A model generated the notes under the pieces. The model did not search any database. It had not been told where the DNA came from and was given only the letters and a program-made list of their open reading frames with translations. 53,346 bases of DNA from positions 1 through 53,346 of the IMG/VR virus record IMGVR_UViG_3300036982_000579; one strand, written 5' to 3'. Shown piece by piece: positions 1-11,700 of this stretch (position 1 is its first letter; each line of letters opens with the position of its first letter). The DNA comes from a virus. Lineage: Duplodnaviria; Caudoviricetes. Made by a program: the position numbers and the translations under genes.

Positions 1-26
1 CCCGCTACCACCAACAGGAAGAAAAT

Positions 27-365
27 ATGTCAACACCACAAGAGCAACCCATCGTCGGACTCAAAGAAATCGGCCCGCTATTAGAAGTAGACGGACGCAC
101 CCCACACGCATGGCACTACCGCCGCCTTCTCCCCGTCCCTGACTACGCGTCGATCAACGGCATCCGAGCATGGGACCGTCAGACGATTGTCGATTGGGCT
201 GCATCCACCGGACGACTCCCCGACAGTCTCCGAGGCGAAGCCAAGGCAGAAGTCAAAGTCCCCCGAGGCGGCAAGAAGATCAAAGCGGAAAACATTGCTG
301 TTCTTGTCGAAGCCGGAATCATCACGCCTGTCAACATGAATGACAACAGCCCGGTCGCACTATGA
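27..365 (+). CDS. small winged-HTH DNA-binding protein (AlpA/excisionase-like)
   Basis: IVGLKEIGPLLEV..RTPHAW....LLPVPD.....GIRAW pattern. Confidence 0.5.
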   Translation: MSTPQEQPIVGLKEIGPLLEVDGRTPHAWHYRRLLPVPDYASINGIRAWDRQTIVDWAASTGRLPDSLRGEAKAEVKVPRGGKKIKAENIAVLVEAGIITPVNMNDNSPVAL

Positions 366-703
366 GCGCCCTTGTCTACGCAGGGCTGATCCTCGCCGCG
401 TACCGGATCACACGTTTCTTTGTCCGTGACTCACTCATCGGTTTCAGCTTGGAATCCGAATCGAAGATGTCACAACGACTAGACACATTCTGTTACAACC
501 CCGACGGAAGCAACCGCAACTGGGCGACCGGCTTCATTGGCGACTTGTTGACTTGTGTGTGGTGTCTCGGTATGCACGTTTCTTGGATTCTGGTTTGTGT
601 TTGGTTTCGTGCGTGGCCGTGGGAACTTGGAGTTGACGGTTGGATCAGTGCGTTCGCTGTTGCCGGTGGTGCTGGTTTCATTTCGTCTCGGATGAACGCG
701 TGA
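362..703 (+). CDS. DUF1360-like membrane protein
   Basis: LAAYRITRFFVRDS...GDLLTCVWCLG motif plus hydrophobic helices. Confidence 0.6.
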   Translation: MSALVYAGLILAAYRITRFFVRDSLIGFSLESESKMSQRLDTFCYNPDGSNRNWATGFIGDLLTCVWCLGMHVSWILVCVWFRAWPWELGVDGWISAFAVAGGAGFISSRMNA

Positions 704-852
704 CTGAACCGATCCAGTTAGAACATTGTGCTGAGTGTGGTGCGGGTGTGTTGCCGGGTGTCGATCACGATACTTACAACACTAAAGATGGTGAGCAGTG
801 GTGGTGTGCTGCTCATTGTCCGCAGTGCGCTAAGGCAGAAGTTGTTGACTGA
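700..852 (+). CDS. small Cys/His Zn-binding protein
   Basis: GTG overlaps upstream stop; CAEC...WCAAHCPQC. Confidence 0.45.
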   Translation: MTEPIQLEHCAECGAGVLPGVDHDTYNTKDGEQWWCAAHCPQCAKAEVVD

Positions 853-1925
853 TGACCTTGAAGAATTTGTCGAAGGCACCTTTCCCGTGGTTCGGTGGGA
901 AGTCTAAGGCTGCTCCGCTTGTGTGGGAACTCCTTGGTGATGTCGCCCATTACGTCGAACCCTTTGCTGGTTCTCTGGCTGTGTTGTTGAATCGACCCCA
1001 CCGGGCCAACACAGGCTGGGCTGAAACTGTGAATGACCTTGATGGTCTGATTGTGAACGCATGGCGTGCTGTTCAGTGGCATCCGCAAGCAACGGCAGAA
1101 CACGCATCGTGGCCTGTTACTGAATTTGATAAGACGGCTCGTGAGGTTGCGTTGGTTCGTTGGCGTGAAGATGGACTTGCTGCGAAGTTGGCGGGGTCTG
1201 CTGATTGGTGTGATCCGAAGATGGCCGGTTGGTGGTTGTGGGGTGTGTGCGTAAGTATCGTGCCGTTCGCCGCCGGGTCTGGCCCGTGGTCTTCTGATGA
1301 GACAGGGCGCTTGCGGAAGATCGACCGGAAGGTTGAGGGTCGGGCAGAGTCGGGTGTCGGTGGTGGGATTCCTAACATGCCGAATGATCGTGGCCTGCTT
1401 GCTCCTTCAACTTGGGAAGCGGATGTGATGTCTGCTGATGGTGAGTTTCATTCGCAGACGATGCCGGAGTTGCTTCGATGGTTTGATTGGCTATGCGCCC
1501 GCCTTCGCCACGTTCGCATCCTGAATGGCGACTGGGCGCGCCTTGTGACCGACGGTGCTTCCAAGACTCTCGCTGTTCGTACTGGCGCTGGTCCGGTTGG
1601 GGTGTTTCTTGATCCACCGTATGCCGACACTGCTGACCGGATGGATGTTGTGTACGCGACTGATGACTTGTCGGTTGCGCATGATGTGAAGCGGTGGTGT
1701 GTTGAGAACGGTTCTGACCCTGAGCGCCGGATCGTGTTTGCATGTTACGAGTCTGAGCATGATGATGAGCTTGCTGATCTTGGCTGGACTGAGCATGAGT
1801 GGCACACGGGGGAGATGGGTGGGTACGGGGCGAGTGGTACGGGGCAACAGCATCGTGAGCGCTTGTGGGCTTCTCCGCATTGTCTTAGCCCTATGGTTGA
1901 ACCTGAACAGCCGTCGTTGTTCTGA
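852..1925 (+). CDS. Dam/D12-class DNA adenine methyltransferase
   Basis: PFPWFGGK, YVEPFAGS (motif I), NDLD, FLDPPY (motif IV). Confidence 0.85.
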   Translation: MTLKNLSKAPFPWFGGKSKAAPLVWELLGDVAHYVEPFAGSLAVLLNRPHRANTGWAETVNDLDGLIVNAWRAVQWHPQATAEHASWPVTEFDKTAREVALVRWREDGLAAKLAGSADWCDPKMAGWWLWGVCVSIVPFAAGSGPWSSDETGRLRKIDRKVEGRAESGVGGGIPNMPNDRGLLAPSTWEADVMSADGEFHSQTMPELLRWFDWLCARLRHVRILNGDWARLVTDGASKTLAVRTGAGPVGVFLDPPYADTADRMDVVYATDDLSVAHDVKRWCVENGSDPERRIVFACYESEHDDELADLGWTEHEWHTGEMGGYGASGTGQQHRERLWASPHCLSPMVEPEQPSLF

Positions 1926-2305
1926 TGGGCGTTGATCTTGGGGTGTGCAAGATCGCTCCAAGAGCGGTGTCTCAGTCTGGTTGTGATTGGTGTGGCGGCT
2001 GGTTGACCCCACGGCAAACTCGTTGGTGTAGCGGATTGTGCATGTCGAAGTTCAGACGGAATCATGTTTGGAAGTTCGCGCGCGCTGCCGCACTGGGTCG
2101 GGATGGGCGTTGTGTGCGGTGTGGTTCTGGTATTGGGTTGGAGGTGAATCATGTTGTGCCGTTGGCGGGGCGTGCGCGTACTGAGTCTTGCTTTCATCAT
2201 TTGGGGAATCTTGAGGTGTTGTGTCATCGGTGTCATGTGGTTGAGACTGCTGCTCAACGGGGGCGTGGGGAGTTGCCGTCTGGTTGGGGTCGGAAAAGAA
2301 TCTGA
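1925..2305 (+). CDS. HNH endonuclease
   Basis: RDGRCVRCG...EVNHVVP...NLEVLCHRCH. Confidence 0.8.
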   Translation: MGVDLGVCKIAPRAVSQSGCDWCGGWLTPRQTRWCSGLCMSKFRRNHVWKFARAAALGRDGRCVRCGSGIGLEVNHVVPLAGRARTESCFHHLGNLEVLCHRCHVVETAAQRGRGELPSGWGRKRI

Positions 2306-2361
2306 AGAATTGTTTGCTATTGACTTGCGCAACTTGTAGTAGATCGTGCTATGATAAGTCT
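2294..2361 (+). promoter_or_regulatory. family-1 phage promoter
   Basis: AAAAGAATCTGAAGAAT...TTGACTTGC...TGCTATGAT, ATG 6 nt later (leaderless). Confidence 0.75.
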
Positions 2362-2604
2362 ATGACAAGCACCGAGATAGAAGAAGAAGCAACACGAGTT
2401 GCGTTGTTTGAGGCAACTGCCGAACTGCGTGCCGCTGAGTCTCGTCACCACGAACTTGTGACAGCAGGAATGCGCTCCTCGCTGAACGACCCAACACGGG
2501 CCACACGCCACGCAGAACTTGCGGCAGTGTGTGACCGTATGGACGATGCGCTGGACATGGTGCTGCACCTGCGGGTAGTCCTTGACGGGTTCGACGAGGA
2601 GTAA
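2362..2604 (+). CDS. hypothetical protein (leaderless)
   Basis: ATG at predicted TSS; hairpin follows at about 2613-2639. Confidence 0.6.
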   Translation: MTSTEIEEEATRVALFEATAELRAAESRHHELVTAGMRSSLNDPTRATRHAELAAVCDRMDDALDMVLHLRVVLDGFDEE

Positions 2605-2663
2605 GCGATTCGACGCAGGGGGGTCAAACCCTCTGCGTCTACCCGTGATGCAATACTTGTCGC

Positions 2664-2906
2664 ATGGCAAACGAGATGATCGACGCACAGAAAGACATGT
2701 CCGCTCTCATGGCTGCAATACTCCAAAAGGATTGGGACGGATTCGTGATGATGGTCGAAGCGCTTACCGAGTCTGAAGCTAAAAACGTGACAGTCGCAAC
2801 AATGGGTTTCCTCGGCCAAGCCATCCGAGACTTCGCAAACCAAGCCAACATGGAACCCTTGCAATTCTGGATACAAGCTATGGAAGGCAACCACCCCGAG
2901 GCGTGA
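2664..2906 (+). CDS. hypothetical protein
   Basis: 80-aa ORF filling the gap. Confidence 0.6.
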   Translation: MANEMIDAQKDMSALMAAILQKDWDGFVMMVEALTESEAKNVTVATMGFLGQAIRDFANQANMEPLQFWIQAMEGNHPEA

Positions 2907-2930
2907 GCGTCCAGCGGGTACTCTTAGACC

Positions 2931-4058
2931 GTGGCCGCACCTCCTCCCCCGCCGTGTTCCGAGTGGACGACACCTGAGCAGGTTCGTTTGTGCTGCACCG
3001 GGTTAGACCCTGACTACGATCTGACTGAGGCAATTCAATTTGCGTCCGAGATTCTATTCAGACTCTCGGGCAGGCGGTGGCCCGGTCAATGCAACCGAAC
3101 TGTTTATCCATGCGCCGGAGATAACTGTGGTTGCAAAGGGGACACTTGGTCATGGTTCGCCGCATCCGGTTGGGGCTGGGCATATGCGGGCTACCCGTCG
3201 TTGCCGTACATGGTTGCCGGGGGTTGGGTCAACAAGTGGGCCGGGTGTCGTGGGATTTGCCACTTGGATTGTGTTGACTTACCGGGAACTGTTGACGAGG
3301 TAACACAGATTCTCATTGACGGCGTGCCGCTTGATCCGTCGGCGTACAAGGTTGAGGCTTACAAGCGTGTCTGCCGGGTTGATGGCGGTCACTGGCCTTG
3401 CTCTAATCATCTCGGCGCGGAACAGTGCGAAACAACCGATGAGATCGTTGAAGTTGAGATTGTTGCGACGGGCGGCGATTGGTCTATGACTATTGGCACG
3501 GTGACTGCCGTGTTTGATTCAACGCTTTCCGCTGTCGATCTTGCTGCTGCAATCGACTTGGCGTTCGGCGCTGGAACGGTTGAGATTGTGTCGGGTGGGC
3601 CGGGAACAGTGGCCCCTTACCTGATTGTGTTTGCTCATGCTGTTGCTGGTTTGCCGGTTGTGAGCGTGGCGGATGTGTCGCTTGCTGGTCCTGATCCGTC
3701 GGTGGCTGTGACTGTTATTGAGCCGGGGTGTATCGCTGGCGAGGGTACTTGGTCGATTAGTTACACGCAGGGTTCGTTGCCTCCTCCGGGCGGTCAATAC
3801 GCTGCGGCGATGTTTGCTTGTCAGATTGCGCTGAACAGGTGCGGTGGTGACGGGTGCGTCCTTCCGCAACGGCTGAAGCAGATCACGCGTGAGGGTGTGT
3901 CAATGGACTTTGGCGACCCGCTGGACTTCCTTGACAAGGGGCAGGTCGGGATTTATGAGGTTGACTTGTGGTTGAAGTCGGTCAACCCTGCTGGGCTGCA
4001 ACGGCGGGCGGCGGTGTATCGGGCTGACCATCGTAAACCGAACACGACTTGGACGTAA
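2931..4058 (+). CDS. head-to-tail adaptor
   Basis: ASEILFRLSGRRW, C.LPQRL..ITREGVS and G..EVDLWL..VNP motifs of actinophage adaptors; first gene of neck/tail block. Confidence 0.55.
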   Translation: MAAPPPPPCSEWTTPEQVRLCCTGLDPDYDLTEAIQFASEILFRLSGRRWPGQCNRTVYPCAGDNCGCKGDTWSWFAASGWGWAYAGYPSLPYMVAGGWVNKWAGCRGICHLDCVDLPGTVDEVTQILIDGVPLDPSAYKVEAYKRVCRVDGGHWPCSNHLGAEQCETTDEIVEVEIVATGGDWSMTIGTVTAVFDSTLSAVDLAAAIDLAFGAGTVEIVSGGPGTVAPYLIVFAHAVAGLPVVSVADVSLAGPDPSVAVTVIEPGCIAGEGTWSISYTQGSLPPPGGQYAAAMFACQIALNRCGGDGCVLPQRLKQITREGVSMDFGDPLDFLDKGQVGIYEVDLWLKSVNPAGLQRRAAVYRADHRKPNTTWT

Positions 4059-4061
4059 TCA

Positions 4062-4598
4062 GTGGCCTGTGATCTGCTTGACCCGGCGTATATCAACGAG
4101 GTGTTGCAACTTGTTGTTGACGATCTGTGTGTTGCGTTAGAGGAATGCACTGTTCCGGGCGCGCCTGAGTCGTGTTTCATTTCGTGGACTGCTCCGCCTG
4201 ATGACTGTTGCAACTTCCTTGCGGTGTGGATGGATGAGCTATTGCCGACAGCGGCGTTTCCTGCGGTGAATAACAGCGATCCGTTTCAGTGTGGGGTATT
4301 GCGCATGATGCGTGTGAAAGCCCGCCTAGTGCGCCCCTGTTGGCCTGTGGTGAGAGATAACGCTCAGTCACCGTTTCCGTCTGCGGGTGACATGCAGGCT
4401 GCGGCTGAGGAACTTCTGATTGACTCTAATGTGGTGTGGTGCCGTCTTGTCTCAGCATTCTCTAACAACTTCTATAATGTAAACGAAACAGATTGTTTGT
4501 TGTCGATGATCGGTGATCTGCGTCCAGACAAACCACGCGGCGGTTGCGCCGGGTTCACCGCTACATGGATGATGGAACTATCAAACTGCCGGTGTTGA
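4062..4598 (+). CDS. putative tail terminator/neck protein
   Basis: position; ends with PRGGCAG motif. Confidence 0.4.
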   Translation: MACDLLDPAYINEVLQLVVDDLCVALEECTVPGAPESCFISWTAPPDDCCNFLAVWMDELLPTAAFPAVNNSDPFQCGVLRMMRVKARLVRPCWPVVRDNAQSPFPSAGDMQAAAEELLIDSNVVWCRLVSAFSNNFYNVNETDCLLSMIGDLRPDKPRGGCAGFTATWMMELSNCRC

Positions 4599-4599
4599 C

Positions 4600-4992
4600 A
4601 TGCCAACAAAGTTCACGCTCAACGAACAAGCGATAGCAGGGCTGGTCGCCCCGACAGGGATGGTGACTGAGTACTTGCGGGGATTAGGAAATCAAGTTGC
4701 AGTGATTGCACGCTCAACTGCCCCGGTCGATACAGGCAAACTTCAATCCTCAATCCTTGTGACCGAGCGGTCTGCTGGTCGAAACGGAACAGCGATTGAG
4801 GTATCGGCTAACACGCTCTACGCAACATATGTCAACAAGGGAACACGACCCCATGTCATCATGCCTAAGAAAGCAAAAATGTTACGCTTCCCGAACAAGG
4901 CAGGCGAAATCGTGTTTGCAAACAAGGTGAATCATCCGGGTACGAAACCTCAACCTTTTATGCTCAACGCAATGCTCGCTGTTATCAGGTAA
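4600..4992 (+). CDS. HK97 gp10-like tail completion protein
   Basis: APVDTGKLQSSI, YATYVNKGTRPH, HPGTKPQPFM. Confidence 0.7.
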   Translation: MPTKFTLNEQAIAGLVAPTGMVTEYLRGLGNQVAVIARSTAPVDTGKLQSSILVTERSAGRNGTAIEVSANTLYATYVNKGTRPHVIMPKKAKMLRFPNKAGEIVFANKVNHPGTKPQPFMLNAMLAVIR

Positions 4993-5028
4993 CATCATTG
5001 CGTTACCACTAGCAAACATGGAGCAAAC

Positions 5029-5373
5029 ATGGCTGATGAAGTAGTTGCTACAAGTGATGTGTTGGATTCTCTTGCTGCTGAAGCTGAAGGTTCGACACTT
5101 GAGTTGAAAGTCCGTGACGAGGTGTTCGGGTTAGCACCTGAGATTCCCGCAATCGTGATGCTGCGGCTGTCTGCCGCGGGGGACGCAAGGACTCCTCCGG
5201 CCCGACAGATGACAGCTATCGCTAATTTCTTGGAACACGCTGTGATCCCTGATGACCGTGACAGGTTCAACGATTTTCTTGAGGACGCTGACCCGATCAT
5301 CGACTTTGAGGAACTGAATGCGATTCTGGAACGCGCCACTGAAGTTATCGCTGCGCGCCCTTCCGAGCCGTAA
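5029..5373 (+). CDS. tail assembly chaperone (gpG-like)
   Basis: acidic ORF upstream of tape measure, ends RPSEP. Confidence 0.7.
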   Translation: MADEVVATSDVLDSLAAEAEGSTLELKVRDEVFGLAPEIPAIVMLRLSAAGDARTPPARQMTAIANFLEHAVIPDDRDRFNDFLEDADPIIDFEELNAILERATEVIAARPSEP

Positions 5374-5708
5374 CCCTTCTTTCCTCTTGGTGTGCTGCTA
5401 ACGCTTTAGAAGTTGACGGCGTGTTGGTCGGCAAAGGTTTACGGCTTACCGATCTGTCGTTGATTCAGATGCTAAACTTTGCTTACTCGCATCTTGTTGC
5501 TGAAGCTGATGAGGAAGGCAGAAAGAAAGTGAACCTTGCTCTAGCTGGGCGGCTTGGCGAGCATGGCGGCGAGATCATTGACGATCCGATGTTGCCTGCG
5601 AGTATGCAGGGCAAAGAGGCTCCTTCATGGTGGAATAGTGACCATGATGCTTTCGCGGATCAGCACACGCTTGCTGATTCTGATACACAATTCCACGGGG
5701 TGCGCTAA
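5358..5708 (+). CDS. tail assembly chaperone extension (gpT-like, -1 frame)
   Basis: -1 frame open from CCCTTCC at 5358 to 5708. Confidence 0.6.
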   Translation, partial: PFRAVTLLSSWCAANALEVDGVLVGKGLRLTDLSLIQMLNFAYSHLVAEADEEGRKKVNLALAGRLGEHGGEIIDDPMLPASMQGKEAPSWWNSDHDAFADQHTLADSDTQFHGVR

Positions 5709-8700
5709 TGGCTGATGTGATCGGGCGCGCTGTCATTGAGATCGTTCCTGACTTTTCTTTGTTCCGCAAAGAGATGGCTCAGACAGTTCAGGCTTTGACT
5801 CGTGAGATGTCTCAGCAGTTAGCTAAGGCTGACGTTGCTGCACCGCTTGCTAAGACGTTTGGTGAGGCTGGCAAGAAAGCTAGTGACAATCTCTTAGCGG
5901 CCACGGGAAAGGCATTCTCTGACGTTGCTGCGGATGCGAGTAAGGCGGGGGAGAAGGTTTCCTCGTCGTTGCAGGACTCGGCGCGTAAGTCTTCTGCTGC
6001 GTTTGAGAGTGTTGATAAGGCAGTTGAGTTTCAGAAGTTGATGTCTAGTGCGTATGGGGCGGGCGAGAAGGTTACGTCAGCGTTCAAGGAGTCTGCACGG
6101 CAGTCGTCTGCGGCGCTTGACACGGTGTCTAGGACGGGTGCTTTTCAAGGTCTGTCTGCTACTGCGTCTGCTGTTGGTGAGAAGATCACAGGGGCATTCA
6201 AGGAGTCTGCTCGTCAAGCTTCAACCGCTTTGCGGAGTGTGGCTGATGGTTCAGCGTTCACTGGTTTAGCGGCGGCGGCTTCCGCCGCCGGGGAGAAAGT
6301 GACGGGTGCGTTCAAGGAAGCGGGCCGTCAAGGTCAAACAGCGTTGCGGGCTATTGGTGATAGTTCTACGTTTCAGGGTTTGTTGTCGGCTGCTAAGTCG
6401 GCGGGTGAGCGGATAACGGGGGAGTTCAAGGAATCGGCGCGTGAGTCTGAACGTGCGATGCAAAAGGTTGAGACTGCTGGCAAGACGGGGATGGGCGGGT
6501 TTGGTAAGGCGGCTATTGGTATTGGTGTTGCTACTGCCGGATTTTATGTTCTGAGCGGTGCGATCAAGGAATCGGTTGAGGCGGCTAACGAGTCTGCTCG
6601 TATCGGGCGGATCACTGAATCTGTTATTGCGGCCACTGGCGGGGCGGCGAACCTGTCAGCGAAACAGATTGACGATCTTGCTTTGTCATTGTCTAACAAG
6701 ACTGGTATCGACGATGAGGCAATCAAGCAATCATCGAACGTGTTGTTGACGTTCAAGAATATCAAAGACCAGATGGGCGAAGGCAACGACATTTTTGCTA
6801 GGACTCAGAAAGCTGTCCTTGACGTTTCAACTGTTCTTGGTAAGGACTTCGCCGGGTCGTCAGTGATGCTTGGTAAGGCGCTCAACGATCCTCTCAAGGG
6901 TATGACTGCTCTTGGCAAGGCTGGTATTCAGTTCACTGCGGAGCAGAAAGAAACGATCAAGGGGCTAGTCGAAGCAGGCGATTTGCTTGGCGCTCAGAAA
7001 ATGATTCTGGCTGAAGTTGAAGGTCAGGTTGGTGGTGCGGCTGCGGCTGCGGCTAACCCGATGGAACGGTTGAAAACCGTTGTTGACAACTTGAAGGAAT
7101 CGTTCGGGGCGGGGCTGCTGCCCATCGTGACGGTGTTCGCTGATGTGTTTTCTAAACTCGCTGAAACACTCGGGCCTATATTGCAAGAAGTTGGGGCCGC
7201 ACTGGGCGGGGCGCTCGGCCCGCTTATGGAGGCTGTTGGTCCGATCCTTACAACGCTTGGAAGTTCTTTCGCAGGGCTGTTAGAGGGGATCACACCGGGC
7301 TTAGAAATATTGGCAGGTGCGTTTGCTGAAACCTTCTCAACGCTTGGCCCGATTATAGCTGAAACATTTGGGAGTATCGGTTCAGTAATCGGGACGTTGC
7401 TGCCGATTTTCGCTCCGATAATTGGGATATTAGGAAACCTCGCAGAAGCGATTTTGCCGATTCTTGCTCAAGCTTTTTACACGTTTGGTTACGTTTTAGA
7501 AAGTGTTATTGCACCCGTACTGAATGTTCTTGGACCGCTGATTGCGACCTTAGTTACTCAACTCGGTGATGTGTTCTTACAAGTTGTGATTGCGTTGTCA
7601 GGGCCGCTACTGACTATCGCTGAGGTTATAGGCGGGGCGCTTGCTACGGCGCTGACTGTGATTGCCCCGTTTCTACAAACAATCATTTCAACTTTTGCTG
7701 AGATGATTACCGGGTTGCTGCCGGTGCTAGTCCCGTTGTTGATGGCGATGGCTGAAGCGTTCGGGACTTTGCTAACAGCGGTGCTTCCGTTGTTGCCGAT
7801 GATCGTTGATCTTGTTGCGAACGTAGGCGGCATATTTTTGGAAGCAATCCTTGCCGTCCTGCCTGTCATCATTGAACTTGTAACAGCGTTTGCTACAGGG
7901 TTGGCTCCTGTTATGGAAGGTATCAAACCGTTGATTGCTGCGGTCGGTGATGTGTTCCTTGCGATCACTCCATTCATACCTATTCTCGCTGATGCAATTC
8001 TTCAGGTTGCTCTAGCGGTTGTAGGTCTGCTGCCGTCGTTGCTGCCGCTCGTAAACGTCATGGTCACTTTGCTAACAGCAATCATTCCTATCATTCCGCA
8101 GTTAGCGGACATGGCAGTCCAAGCGATTCTGTTGCTGCCGCCGATTGTAGGATTGGTTGCTAAACTGTTGGAGTTCGAGCCTCTGCTTTATCTGATCGTC
8201 GGGGCGCTTGCCGCGTATTATGCCGCACAACTTTTGGGGAACATTGCTAATGGTGCTGCTGCCGCTTTGTTCGTCGCACAGAACGCGGCAATCACTATCT
8301 ATAGCGGGCTGATGAAAGCGGCGAAGGTAGCGACGGCTGTGTGGACGGGTGCGCAATGGTTGCTGAACGCCGCTCTCAACGCTAACCCGATTGGTCTAAT
8401 CGTTGTTGCGATTGCTGCTCTGGTCGCGGGTGTAGTCCTTGCCTATAAGAACTTCAAGCCGTTCCGAGACATCGTTGACAAGATAGGCGACTTCTTCCAG
8501 AACACTCTGTGGCCTGCTATCAAGAAAATTGCGGACATCATTGGCGGCGCGTTGATGACTGCCGTCGATGCGGTCTGGCCGATCTTCGAGAAGTTGTTTG
8601 ACATTATGAAAGGCTTGTATCTGCAACCGTTGATCGACGCTTTCAACACGTTGAAAAAGTTGTTCACAGGCGATTTCAAGGGTGCGCTAGAAGGGGTCAA

Positions 8701-11700
8701 GAACCTGTTTAGCAATCTCGGTGAGACATTCGGCAAGATAGGCGATTTGGCTGGGACGCTGATCGGCGCGCTGATGCCTGCTCTTGCCTCGGTCGGGTCG
8801 TGGTTGATGAACGAGGGTATCCCGATGCTTCTCGGGTTCATCATGGACGGGTTGAAGAAGTTGCCGGGTCTGCTTCTTTCGCTTGGCGGGTTCCTGTTTG
8901 ATGGTCTGAAGCTTGCGTTCAATTTCCTTGTTGAAAACGGGCCGATGATCCTTGCGACTCTGTACGGGTGGATTTCGGGTATTGGTAGCACGCTGATCGG
9001 GTTGCTCGGTGACCTTGGCGGGATGCTCTTAGGTTGGCTCACAACAGCGTTCAACTGGCTTGTCGAAAACGGTCCCGGTATCCTTGCGACTCTGTGGGGT
9101 TGGATTTCTGGTATCCCCGGAATGCTCCTCGGGTTGCTCGGGAATCTCGGTGGGATGCTGCTCGGCTGGTTGACGAGTGCGTTCAACTGGTTGGTCGAAA
9201 ACGGGCCGGGTATTCTGGCGACGTTGTTGGGTTGGGTTCTGACGATTCCGACTTTGATCGTGAATGGTTTGATAGCTCTTGGCGGGCTGCTGTTCGACGG
9301 GATCAAGATAGCGTTCGGGTTCATCGTGGAGAAGGGGCCGGACATTCTTCTAACGATGTTGAATTGGGTTCTTACGATTCCGGGCTTGATCCTCAAGGGT
9401 TTGATTGCGCTCGGCGGTTTGCTATTCGATGGTGTGAAAATTGCGTTCGGCTTCATTGTCGAAAAAGGCCCTGACATCCTTCTAACAATGTTGAATTGGG
9501 TTCTGACCATTCCAAGGTTGATCGTCAACGGGCTGCTCACTCTTGGTTCGTTGCTGTTCAACGGGGTGAAGATCGCGTTTGATTTCATCGTGACGAAAGG
9601 CCCGGAGGTTCTCGCTACTGTCGTCGGTTGGGTGACGGGTGTTCCTGCGACGCTTCTTGCTGGTCTTGGTGCTATCGGGGACAAGTTGTTCGGTTGGGCT
9701 AAAGCCGGGTTTGACATGATAAGGGATCGGGGCGGCGAACTTCTGACAGGGGCCGTAGATTTCTTCAGGGGTATTCCCGGCAAGTTGATCGGCGCTCTTG
9801 GCGATGCGGCGGGTGGTGCGAGTAACTTTGCTTCCAAGATTTTCAATTCGTTGCGCGGTTTCATAAACGACAAACTGATAAACAAGCTGCGTAACATCTC
9901 GGTGTTTGGCGCTAAACCGTTTGAGGGTATCCCTACGATCCCTGAGATCAAATTAGCTGAAGGCGGGATTATCACTAAGGCAACCAACGCGATTGTCGGT
10001 GAAGACGGCCCTGAAGTTGTTATCCCGTTGACAAAACCTGAGCGGGCGAAAGAGCTTCTCGTTCAGTCTGGTTTGATGGACATTATTTCTAGCGGTTCGC
10101 CGGGGATTGCGATGTCATCGCCGTCGTCCACGCCTGACACGGACGGGATTAGTTCTACGATCACAACGGCGCTGTCGTCTGTTGTTGACTCTGCAATAGT
10201 TGCTTTGCAACCGATCAAGGATTGGTTTGCAACACTTTCGACGGTTGCGATTGAATCGCTAAAAACATTTGGCGAAACCGTGTGGGCAGGGATACAGGTC
10301 ACGTTTCAATTCCTCGCTACGCAGATATTGACGTTACTCAAAAGCTTGACTGCGTACATTGCGTTGTGGCCGATGACGATTAGCGCGTTGCTGGCGAACA
10401 CGGGCGGGTTGATCTGGTTGAGTATGGCAGGCGGCATGGGGGCGTTTGCTGCGTCATTCAAGGCGGTGTTTGCCGATCTGAGCGTGTACGTCACGACTTG
10501 GAAAACGGGCCTAGAAACAAGCTTCAGTGCGTTGCCTGCGTACATGGGCGGTATTGCTTCGGGGATCACGGGTGCGGTTGCTGCACCGTTCCGAACTTTC
10601 GCATCGTCTATTTGGAATCCGTTTGCGAGGACTTTGACAGGCGCGTTGGATCAGATACCGGCCACGGCGAACATAAACATTCCGTCGTTGTCTTTCCCGA
10701 CAGCACACTCGGGTGGTGTGATTGGTGGCCGGTTGCCTGAAACAGGTGGACCGTTTGAGTCTTCTGAGATGCTTGTGAAGATGCAACGTGGTGAGGGTGT
10801 TATCCCTGCGAGTGTTATGAAAGCGATGACTCCTGCGGAGTTTGAGACTATCCGCCGGGGTGATTTTGGGGAGCGTGATCCTCGGGCTGATATGGCTATG
10901 ACTTCACGGTTCTTGCCGCAGATGGGTGCGCCCGCTGCGCCGATGCCACCACTGGGCGGCGAGTCGTTTGCTACGTTGCCTTCTTCGATTCTTGAAGGGT
11001 TGAAAGACGCTCTCAAGGTGACGTTCACTGAAGCAAAGAACTTGACCGAACAAGCATTTTATGCGCCTAAGTACTTGGGCGGTATTGCTTCTTCTGCTGC
11101 GATGGGTGGTCTTGGGTTTGTTGGTCAGAAGATAGAAGAAGCGAACAAAGCAACTGCTGAGGCTATGGGCGGTGTTGGCACTGCGTTCCCCGGTGGCGCA
11201 CCTATCGGTCTACCTGCTGCGATTGAAAGGTTGCGACAGGTTGCTGGCCGTCCGGGTAACTACCGTGCGCTGATCGACTACATGACTGCTACTCAGGTTC
11301 CGTTCCGTGCTGTTTCGATGGTGCGTGCGGGTGCTACAACTCGTGGTTCTGGCGGCGCTCGTGCATCACTTCACGCTTCCGGTCGGGCGGTTGACTTTGC
11401 GGGGTTGCGGGCTAGTAGGGATTCCCCTGAGTTGCTGAGGATTTATCGGGCGTTTGAGCCGGTGCGTGGCATTCTGCAAGAGCTTATTTATTCGGGTCCG
11501 GGCGGCGGGTTTGTTCGTAATCCGATTACTCGTGCAGATCATCACGATCATGTTCACGCTGGTCTAGCTAATGGCGCGTATGTTCGGAACCGGATGACTG
11601 CGCTGATAGGCGAATCAGGACCAGAGGTTGTTATCCCTCTGACACGCCCTATGCGTGCGTTACAGCTCGCAGAACAATCAGGGCTGCTAGGCGTGCTATC

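Noticed and set aside
8443-9987. 514-aa minus-strand ORF
   Set aside because: Antisense shadow of the repetitive tape measure gene
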